Source: Cycas panzhihuaensis (taxonomy: Eukaryota > Plantae > Cycadophyta). Taken from it: 64,000 bases of DNA. Both the position numbers and the translations under genes were made by a program. Shown here one piece after another: positions 1 to 11,100 of the stretch. Numbering within the stretch: position 1 is the first letter of the stretch; each line of letters starts with the position of its first letter. Below the pieces are notes generated by a model. That model ran no database searches and had not been told where the DNA came from. It worked only from the letters and a program-made list of their open reading frames with translations. Location: assembly GCA_023213395.1 (NCBI GenBank), contig CM041465.1, positions 249,805,741-249,869,740 of the forward strand, read 5' to 3'.

Positions 1-1167
1 TAATAGTAAATAATTCTTTACATGGAAAAATGTTATTTGTACATTTGATTGGAGGTGATTAATACAACTTACAAAGTAGGAATTTGATGAACTTTGTATG
101 TATTAAAATTTCATCTAACCCCTTCCCCATCTTTAATCTATAATATTAGTAAGCATGTTCTTCATGGTCCTAGTCTATTATAGAATTATTTTCATAAGAT
201 CCTTCTTTTTCTTCTGCTTATGAGAGGATGTTTTCTTCATTTATAACAAGTTTCAAATGTCCTAATTCAAGGAATTTTACATAAAAATAGCACTTATATC
301 TTATAATCCATGAATAAATTCTTAAATATTTAATTCTAATGGTCCTTGATTTGCACTTTCCATGTAACTAAAATTCAAATTCACTGCTATACAATAAGAA
401 TATAAAGTATTCAATATTAAATGGAGAATCTTGAAACATTGAATATTATTATTACCTATGGTATTTTTCTCATCAAGGTGGATCCTAAATATTTTGGGAT
501 ATGAATTAATAAATATCCCTCTAGACTAGCTCTATATAAGATTCTATTTGATAACAAACAACATCTTGTAGTAACAATAAGTGTCAATTAATCATTATTA
601 TATTATTCAAATTTAGTTCTAATGGCAAAGTTTGGATAAAGTAGTCCAAAGTGATTGAACTACTCTTTACTCACTACACTGGCTACTCTTATCCCATTTT
701 AGTCATTCTACTCAGATTAGGTATTATAACTCAAAATGAGTAGCATTGAGTAGATATATCTCTTAGCATTCCAAAAAATATAAGGTTAGTTGGAACAAAT
801 GTCATATGACTTTGACCAAAGCACCTAAAGTATCCATTATTCATCATCATCACTATAAGCTCATGCTACCTGATAAGATAATGTATATGGTTTATAAAAC
901 TAATAAAGTACTATTGGAAAGTAATGTTAAATTAATAGTCAATCTATGATTTTGGAGATTATTATTATTACTTTTCCCTCTCTATAGTTCAACACTATTA
1001 AATTATATCAATAGAGTTGCTCTTATTTCTTAGTAGTTCTCATAAGATTCTTGTTATGTAAGCATCATTAATATATGTGTTAGAGATTTCTTCTTGATGA
1101 ATTCTCATAGTTTATCTTTGAGGCTCCCCAAACTCGTTAGACCTTTATGAGGTGACATGCATCTATA

Positions 1168-1802
1168 TGTTGGGTATTGTGACAATAATTATAGGCCTAA
1201 AATTATGGCCTGTTTTTGGCATGGTTTCCCCTCTTAATCTTTCTCAGGGGGTTCCAAGGGGGGTGGGAGCCCCCCCTTGGCCGGGTGTGGGGAGTGGGCA
1301 TGCTAAGAGGGGGTTCGGGGGTGATAGCCCCCAACCTAATAAATTGACCATGTAAACCTTATTAAAGTGTAAAGAGAATCAGGGTCGTACAATAAAAATA
1401 CCCTAGATTCTATGGTTAAGATTTTAGGTCTTGGATGTCCTCTCATGTAACCTATTTTAGGGCTTTTCTTATTATGTTGTAATGTTATGCAATGTACTGT
1501 GAAGAGGGAGGTGGTTGATTGTTGTTCCAGAGAGCACTCTGTATCTGTGATATATTATTTTCTCCATTCTGTAGCAATTAAGATCGATACATTTCCTGTG
1601 TGGATGTTTCCCTAGCACACTGCTAGGGTTTTACCACATTATATCAGGTGCACATGTGATGTTCGGATTTCATTATCTTGTTACTGTATAATTTCTAATT
1701 TTAAGAACTTGCATGTAATTGTATGTTTCATTTCTATAACTAGTGGTAAGAAAGTAATAGATCTTGGTGGCTGTTAGAGGGTTGGACCTTCTATTCTCAA
1801 CA
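1168..1802 (+). repeat. 5' LTR of B (635 bp)
   Basis: TG...CA termini; 1484-1802 matches 5818-6136; followed by a PBS. Confidence 0.92.
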
Positions 1803-1804
1803 AG

Positions 1805-1817
1805 TGATATCAGAGCC
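1805..1817 (+). promoter_or_regulatory. PBS of B (tRNA-iMet type)
   Basis: tgatatcagagcc, one mismatch from canonical tggtatcagagcc, 2 nt after the LTR end. Confidence 0.9.
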
Positions 1818-1874
1818 ACTCCTTTTCTTACAGTGAGTTTGTGAAGGTTTTTGATGTCAGATTTTCTATACCAA

Positions 1875-4800
1875 ATGGCGAAACTGGCGAGTGCAAAGTT
1901 TGAGGTGGAGAAATTCAATGGCAAGAACAACTTCGAGTTATGGAAGCTAAAAGCGTACGATATTCTTGTACAGCAGGGTTTGTACAAAGTTCTTGCAGGA
2001 AAATCGAAGAAACCCGTGGGGATGGACGATGATGAATGAGATGATTTAGATAAAAAGGCACTTAGCACAATACGATTGTGCTTGGCAGATGAAGTTTTGT
2101 TTAACATCGCAGGAGAGTAGATAGCAACAGGATTATGGACCCGGTTAGAAGGCCTATATATGACCAAATCAGTAACGAACTGAATCTACCTAAAGAGGCA
2201 ACTGTACTCATTACGAATGAAGGAAGGTACAAAAATTGCTAACCATTTAAATATTTTCAATACTCTTATTTGTCAATTGACTAGTATCGATGTTAAAATT
2301 AAGGATGAAGACAAGGCAGTTACCCTGTTATGCTTATTACCTGAATCCTGGGATAATATTGTCACCTCAATTAGTTTTAGCACTATAGATGAATTGGAAT
2401 ATGACTCTGTTGTGAGTGCTTTGCTAATGGAAGAAGTGCGAAGGAAGTCTAGTCTTGAAACCTCCACACTAGAAGCCATGACAGTAAGGGGTAGAATGTT
2501 TGAGAGAGGACAAAACTCTAGGGATGCATCGAGATCTAAGTCAAAGAGCAAAAAGAGTAAGCTCAGGTGTTGGCATTATAATAAGACCGGTCACCTCAAG
2601 AAGGATTGTTACAAAAGGAAGGAGTTCCTGAAAAAGGAAGATCCTGCCAAGGAGGTGAATCAGGTGGAGTCGAATGAAGGTATGGATGATAATGTCTTGG
2701 TTGCTTGTAATGTTTCTCATTATCACCATGACTGGTTATTAGATTTAGGTGCTTCGCACCACATGTGTCTACACAGGAGTTGGTTCTCATCATACCAACC
2801 TCTTGATGGTGGTGATGTGCTTATGGAAAACGAAGTTTCTTGTAAGACGGTGGGCATTGGTAGTATCAAAATTAAGATGTTCGATGGGATAGTCAGAAAA
2901 TTAACTGAGGTTAGACATGTACCTAATTTGGAAAGGAACCTGATTTCCTTGGGTGAATTAGATTCGGGTGGTTTTAAGCATATAGGTCATGAAGGAGTCC
3001 TAAAGGTGTCAAAGGGCACCTTGGTTGTTATGAAAGCCTTAAAGAGAGGAAATCTTTATATTTTAGTGGGAAGTATAGATGTCAACCAAGCGACTATAAG
3101 CGTCGAAGACTATGAAGATCCTGCTCAACTATGGCATCAAAGACTTGGGCACATGAGTGAGAAAGGACTTAAGGTGCTGATAAATCGTAAGTTACTTCCT
3201 AACTTGCAAATTTCAGATTTGGCTTTCTGTAAACATTGTGTTTTTGGAAAATAGTGTAAACTCAGGTTTAAAGTAGGGAGTCACACTAGTAAAGGTGTTC
3301 TAGATTACATACATTCAGATGTATGGGGCCAACCTAAAATATCTTGTGGAGGATCATTGTATTTTGTCACATTTATAGATGATTACTCCAGGAAGGTATG
3401 GGTCTATTTTTTGAAAAGGAAATCTGAAGTTTTCAGTGTGTTTAAGCAGTTCAAGGCTTTAGTTGAGAACAGTACTAGTAAGATAATCAAATGTTTAAGA
3501 ACTGACAATGGAGGTAAGTTCAACTCCTTGGAATTTGAGAACTATTATAGAGAAGCTGGGATCGAAAGACACAAGACCACTAGCTATACTCTGCAACAAA
3601 ATGGCATTACTGAGCACATGAACAAGACACTCCTAGAAAGAGCAAGAAGCATGCTAAGTAATGCAGGAGTGGAGCAGGGCTTGTGGGCAGAAGCTGTTCA
3701 AACAGCTTACTATCTAGTAAATAGGTCACCATCAGTTGTAATAGATTGTAAGATTCCTGAAGAGGTATGGACTAGACATTCGTATGATTTTTTAAATTTA
3801 AAAGTTTTTGGTTGTGATGCTTATGCCTGGACTGACAAAAGTAAACGTTCAAAGTTAGACCCAAAATCCAAGAGATATATCTTTGTTGGTTATGGTGATA
3901 AGGATGGTGTGAAGGGATACAGGTTGTGGGATCCTACTGCCCACAAAATCACCATTAACAGAGATGTCATATTTGATGAGTCTCCTCTTGTAAAATCGAT
4001 GCGATTAGAAATTTGAAATGAAATAGGAGTAGCAAGATGAACATCAACAAGTTAAGTTTGAAATGCAGCCATCTGTGGAATCAGAAGAGCATGAAGATCT
4101 TTCTGAAGATGAATCAGGAACAGATTCACCGAAGTATGTGGATACTCCTCTGCCAACAGTTAGAAGATCTACATGAGTCAATCATCCACCTCACAGGTAC
4201 ATCCCTTCTATTTCTATTGCTTTAGTTTCTAATGATGGTGAGCCCACATGTTATCGAGCGAGATGATATCCATGGAGAGAAGTGGATAAGGGCTATGTAG
4301 GAAGAGATAGATGCCTTGAAGAAAAATCATTCATGGGACTTGGTAGAACTTCCACATGGCAGGAAGACTGTTGATTGCAGGTGGGTTTTCAAAAAGAAAA
4401 CAGATGTTGATAGAAAGGTTGATAAATACAGGGCACGACTGGTGGCAAAAGGCTTTGCACAAAAAGCAGGTATTGACTTTCATGAGATCTTTTCACCAGT
4501 TGTTAAACTTGTTTCAATTTGAGTGCTATTAGTATTGGTAGCTTCTCTCGATTTGGAGTTGGAGCAGTTAGATGTAAAAATAGCTTTTCTACATGGAGAT
4601 TTAGATGAGGAGATCTATATGGATCAACCAGAGGGGTTTGTATAAGATGGCAGGAAAAGACTTGTTTGCAGGCTCAGGAAATCATTGTATGGCCTGAAGC
4701 AATCACCCAAGCAGTGGTACAAGAAGTTTGATGCCTTCATGGAGAGCCAAAATTTCAAAAGAAGTGAGTATGATCATTGTGTTTACTTCAAATTTATGGA

Positions 4801-5784
4801 CAATAGTTTATTCATTATCTTGGTGTTATATATTGATGACATGCTGGTTGCAAGCAAGAGCATGGTAGAAATCAATAAGCTAAAGGCTCAATTGGCTAGG
4901 ACTTTTGATATGAAGGATTTAGGAGCTGCAAAATAAATCTTAGGCATGGAGATACACAGAGACAGGAAAAGTGGTAAGCTATAGTTATCACAGCAGAAAT
5001 ATGTGGAGAAGGTGCTAACCAGGTTTGGGATGGCAAATGTGAAACCAGTGAGTATCCCTTTGGCTTCCCACTTCAAGCTTTCATCTAATATGAGTCCTAG
5101 TAGTGAAGAAGAAAAGGCTTATATGTCTCGTGTGCCTTATGCCAGTGCAGTAGGAAGTTTGTGTATGCCATGGTATGTACAAGACATGATACTTCACATG
5201 TAATCAATGTAGTTAGCAGGTTTATGGCAAAACTAGGAAAGGAGCATTAGGCTGCAGTGAAATGGGTGCTTTGGTATTTGAGAGGCACTAGTGATTACTG
5301 TATCACCTTTGGAGGTACAGGTAATTAGGTTTGTGGATATGTCGATTCAGATTTTTTAGGAGATTTAGATAAAAGAAGGTCTACTTCAGGTTATGTTTTC
5401 ACTCTTGCAAATGGTCCAGTTAGTTGGATGTCCAAATTGCAGAGCACAATTGCACTGTCAACCATAGAAGCTAAATATATTGCTACAGCACATGCTTGTA
5501 AAGAAGCAATCTGGTTATAAGGTCTATTGGTTGAGCTTGGAAGGAGACAGGAAAATGTAAAGGTATTTTGTGATAGTCAAAGTGCTATTTACCTAGCCAA
5601 GAATCCAACTTATCACAGTAGAACAAAGCATATTGCTTTAAAGTACCATTTTGTTAGACAGGTTATGGAAGCAGGTGGAGTGGCACTTGAGAAGATTCAC
5701 ACCAATCAGAATTGTGCTGATATATTCACTAAACCAGTACCATTAGAGAAGTTCAAATGGTGTTTGACTTCTCTTGGCTTGTAG
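1875..5784 (+). pseudogene. Copia gag-pol polyprotein, disrupted by stops and at least 2 frameshifts
   Basis: KFEVEKFNGKNNFELWK (gag); CWHYNKTGHLKKDC (zinc knuckle); WLLDLGASHHM (PR); LWHQRLGHMSE and FIDDYSRKVWVY (INT); KYRARLVAKGF and LYIDDML (RT); FCDSQSAIYLAKNPTYHSRTKHI (RNase H). Confidence 0.95.
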
Positions 5785-5817
5785 AAAAGATGATGAAGGA
5801 TCCAGGAAAGGTATCAG

Positions 5818-6136
5818 GTTATGCAGTGTACTGTGAAGAGGGCGGTGGCTGATTGTTGTTCCAGAGAGCACTCTGTATCTGTGATGTACTAGTTTCTCCA
5901 TTCTGCAGTAATAAAGATTAATACCTTTCCTGTGTGGATATTTCCCTAGCACACTGCTAGGGTTTTACCACGTTATATCGAGTGCACATGTGATGTTTGG
6001 CTTTCATTGTCTTGTTACTGCATAATCTCTGATTTTAAGAACTTGCATGTAATTGTATGTTTTATTTCTGTAACTAGTTGTAAGAAAGTAATAGATCTTG
6101 GTGGCTATTAGAGGGTTGGACCTTCTATTATCAACA
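5818..6136 (+). repeat. 3' LTR of B, 5'-truncated (319 bp; PPT and U3 start missing)
   Basis: Colinear with 1484-1802, about 27 mismatches by manual count; no match to 1168-1483. Confidence 0.9.
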
Positions 6137-8199
6137 CTATAAATATCTATTTTTACTAATAGAATAAGATGAAAATTGATATTTCTACTATTTTGTTGTT
6201 GGTACACGTTTTACCTTTTATATCATGTCATTATAGTTCTACTTTTTCATATAATTTCAATATGTATATTCAATACTTATATGATTTCTATTTTTTATCA
6301 TGGCATTAGATCTTAGTCATTTTTCTAATATGGTATTAAAGCAAATTATCAGTGCTCTTGGTTGGATTCTAATGCTTATGGAGGATTTAGATTGAATGAT
6401 TATTTTTTGGTGGATATCAAACTATCTTCTTATGAATTTATTGGTTCCATATCAAAGTATATACTTATAACTTGATGTCTTATATCATGCTAGTATAAGT
6501 TGGATGAATATTATTCGGCCAAGTAATTAGGCTTGTTCCCTATTATTCAGTTTGCTCATGTTCTTCCTTTGTGCAGTATATATATCATCATATCATTATC
6601 TAAAATCAAATTTATAGGAGAATTTTTCTCAATGGATATTGCAACTCTAAGTCATAACTAAGAAGTTTTAATAAATTAAAATATTTTAAAATAAGCAAAA
6701 ATAATCATATTTTATGGGCAAATGTTATGTCTTTTAGTAGGAAGGCCTTTTAGGTCATATAAATATTTCTTTTGTAATGACTCAAATCATCCTATTCAAT
6801 TCATGAAATCTATTATGTAAACACTTGATTTGGTAATATATCTTATGTGATCTAATCTTGTTGTTCACATATTAACAATGGTACAAATCACCAAGAAGAT
6901 CTAAGGATTGAGTTACTTTAACTAGTATCAAGTATAATTTCATTAATCCCGCACTATAAATTTCTCATCCCTGTAGGCCCCTATCTCCTTCTAGACATCC
7001 TATTTGTTCCATACTTCCCAATCCTCCTACAGTCTTTTAGTTCTCATGTGATTTCACGTGTTCCATCTACAACCCTTCTAGTTTTCTGAGAGCCCCTTGC
7101 AATAGCACTCTAGTGTGTCCTCTAGTACCTTATAACTTTCTATCTTAAGTCTTCCTTCCTCTTTCTAATCTAGTATTCTTCTACTTATCATCACGTCCTT
7201 TTAGTGTTTTCCCACTCATCATTACCTCTTTACCTAGTATTATGCCAACATCATCATCTCCTTTCCTAATAATATAGTATTGATCTTCCTTCTTATTACA
7301 CCTTACCTTAGCCTTATCTATCACCATCCCTTTTATTTTTCTTTGTTTCATACCATATATTCTTAATTATCACTACCTCTTACAACATCACTATCCATGT
7401 CATCTCTCAGTTACATTTTCTCCTATAAATTATGCAACTCCCTCTCAAGGCTATAATTCTAATCTCTTAGTATTAAAGAAATTTATTCTCAAACATCTTA
7501 AACTAATCCTAAATTTTCTCTTTTAAATAAATCAAAATTAGAATATCCTCTTTTTTTTAAAAGTGCATATTCTTATCCAAATTTAAATTGTCATTTAAGA
7601 TGGCCTGTAAGTACACTATCACTCCTCCTACAAAACTATTATTATCACCCTCTCCATTTAACCTTAACCCACATTCCATCCTTTAGTATATTCCATGAAT
7701 GACAAACATTCATAAATTTGAATTTTAAATTTCCTTATTAAGTTACCTCTTCCTTAAAATAAGCCTCAATTATTCCCTAGTTAGTTGTGGTTATTCTAGC
7801 ATAGTTAGCTCTTAGTGAGCCCTATACTTATGCATTATGGAATCCAAGCATGAGTTCACATATGAAGATGAGGAAGCATGGAAATTTAATGAATGGGTAA
7901 TGGATTTTCTTATAGAGTTAGTCATTATAGCTATCCAATAAGCAAATTCTACTAATGTCATAGTGCTATAATAAACATTACATCGTGGGATACAAGAGAT
8001 GACCAACATACTAGTTAATCTACTTAGCATATATGGAGGGATAGGACTAGATAATTATACCTATGATAAGAATTAATAGAGTGTAGAAAATCATGGTTCT
8101 CATATTACTAAGTGTCAACCAAGACTCCAAAATAAAGCACTCTATAGGTATTTGGATAATTATAGGAACCTATCACTTAAAGAGCAAAAGGTTGTAGGA

Positions 8200-11100
8200 T
8201 TCCAAACTTGTTTTAGTTATTTCCAATTCATGGAAACACATAGGAAGAAGAAGTTAGAAAAGGTAATAATTCCATATTTTAGTTTAGAAAAAGAAATACA
8301 TAAACCTAAGGTCTAGGTTTAATAAATGGAATAATATTTTTATTTGATGGAAATTGAGGATGGGGAATAAGTATAATTGGCTATAATACACTTGGATAGT
8401 ATGCATGCAATTGGTAACAAAGCTTACAACAAACTAGATACTACACTCAATCATCTTCATGGGGAGTGTTTATGATATTGTTTCTTAAAAGATTTGAGAT
8501 AATTACCAATCAATACTACTATTATAAACTTAGAAGATTAAAATAGGTTGGATTATTTAATGAATAAAATCTTACATTCATTAAGTTGACATATGTAATA
8601 GAATATATTCTTATGGATCGTTTAGTCCAATTATATATTAACTACATAATTGTGTAAATCTAGGCTAACATACTAATATAAGAGCCCTTGATCCTTAATA
8701 AAGTAATGCAATTAGGTTGCATATATAAAGACAAGGTCAATTCATTAAATAAGGCCAAATTTAGACTTTATATTCCCCTATTTGCTAAGTTGAGAATGTC
8801 ACCAACCTTAGAAGAGAAGTCCATAATGATGGATAAGCCTTTCAACTTAGTCACATAAACTGAACCTACACTACAAACATCTAAGTTAAGATGAGATGAG
8901 TTAAGGAAGAAGGGCTTATGTTTTAGATGCATGGAAAAATAGGGACTAGGACATAAATGTACAAGGAATTAACCTTTTACATTGAGCTTGAATTAATGAA
9001 GCATGAACAATCAAAAGAGGAGGATGATTAGGTGTTAGAGGTTGTACCTAGGGAGGTGTTAATTTTAGGGGATGATATGCCATAGATATCACTGTTAGTT
9101 GTATCTAGAATCACTAGATAAGATACTCTCAAACTAAGAGGGTTTATTAAGAAATGACTAGTTATAATCTTCATCAATTTAGGGAGCACCCATAATTTCA
9201 TAGATAAATTCACAACCCAACACTTAGAGTTGTTCCCAATAAGAACCAATTTTTTTAAAATTTAGGTAGGGGGAAGGCAATTCATTCTAAGATAAGGGGT
9301 GTTAAGAAAGCTCGAGCTAAGTGTAAAGGATGAAGTCATCATTGAAAACTTCTATATGATAAGAGTTATAGGCAATGATGTGATATTAAGGAGTTAACAA
9401 TTTAAGAAGCTTAAGAAAATTGAATTGAACCTAGACAAAATATTCATGAGATACAAGCAAGATGCTTGGGTCATCACCATACAAGGACAACGACTAAGGA
9501 AGACTCAAGTGATATCATTCTATAAAATGGAAAATTTAGTAAGGAATAAATACTTGGAGGTTGTGTTCCAATTATTCTTATTTTAGGTAAAGGTCAAAGA
9601 TGAGAATGGGCTAGAACCAAACTTATAAGAAGCAATCTAAAAGTGAACTTCCATTAGAATTTCTACCTAATAGAGGAATGGATCACATTGTTAAATTGAA
9701 ACATATGACCAACCTAATCATTGTTAGACCTTATAAGAACTTGTACCACTATAGGATATAGATTGAGAAAATAGTTTAGGAGCTTTTAGACCTAAGAGTA
9801 ATAGTTCCAAGAAAAGCTCATTTATAGCATTAGTTGTATTAGATAGGAAAGAGAAAAACTCATTTAAAATACATATTGATTACTAGGCATTAAATAAAGC
9901 CATACTTGAGAATCAATGTTTAATTCCTAGAATATATGGATCATTAGATAAATTACATAAGGTTTAGCACTTTATTAAGATTGATCTACAATTGGGTTAT
10001 CACTAGATAAGAATTTAGGTAGAGGATACTCGTAAGATAGCATTCCATACATATCATAGGTACCATGAGTCTAAGATGATTTTATTCAACCTCACCAATG
10101 CTCCTAATACATTTCAATCATTGATGAATAAGGTATTTGCCCCATTCTTATTGATGTTTATCTTGATTTTCTTTGATAATGCCCTAAACTATAACAAATG
10201 AAGGAAGAACTACATAGGCTATGTTAGTAAAACACTCAACATTCTCTAGATAAATAAACTCTTTTCCTAGTATTCCAAGCATACTTTTTGAAAGGAAGAA
10301 GTAGAATATATGGGTTATAACATATCCCATGAAGGGGTTAACGTTTATCATAAGAATATTAAGGCCATTGAAGATTGGCCTAGATCATGAAATATCACCT
10401 AGTTGAGGAGGTTCAATTGTTTGACAATTATTATAAGCATTTCATAAAGAACTATGCTTAGAAAACTGCAACCTTGATTGAGCTACTTAAAAGAGATGCC
10501 TTCTAATGAAAGGACCATATGGAGATATGATTTTAAAAATTGAGGGAAATCATGTCCTCAATTCTAGTCTTAATATCACCAAACTTCTTCAAACCCTTTA
10601 TCATCAAATGGGATTCCTCTAACATAGGAATAAGATCAATATTGATACAAGGAAGAGAAATCACATTTGAGAGTAGAAAACTAAATAATTGAGAGTGACT
10701 TAGGTCTACCTATGATAAGGAGATGATGGCCATAATGAATGCTCTACAAAAGTGGCATTAATACCTTCTACATAGCTATTTCACAATCTAAATAGATCAT
10801 AATAATTTACATTATATACTTAAATAAAAGGAGTTGTCCCTAAAATAATATAATTGGATAAGTAAGTTACAAGCCTTTGATTTTGATATTTTGTATAATA
10901 AGGGGAAGCTAAATGTATTTATAGATATTATTTCTCAAAAGGAGGAAGGACCCTAAATCTAAGTAGTATCCATGGTGATCCCAAGATAGGTAGATGACAT
11001 CCAAACAAAGTATGTAAAGAGTATAACTACTAAAAACCTACTTATAAACATTTAGTAGGGTAAACATAATAAGTTTGAATGGAGGAATGATATTATTTAG

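Larger units (their letters stand above)
1168..6136 (+). mobile_element. Element B: Ty1/Copia LTR retrotransposon (Tork/Tnt1-like), inserted in the 5' LTR of A
   Basis: TG at 1168 and CA at 6135-6136; 5-bp TSD CTATA at 1163-1167 and 6137-6141; domain order gag-PR-INT-RT-RH. Confidence 0.95.

Noticed and set aside
1-911. Possible minus-strand retroelement remnant
   Set aside because: No convincing motif series; left unannotated.
1673-2167. 164-aa minus-strand ORF and other short antisense ORFs over B and F
   Set aside because: Antisense shadows of gag-pol or LTR sequence with no independent evidence.
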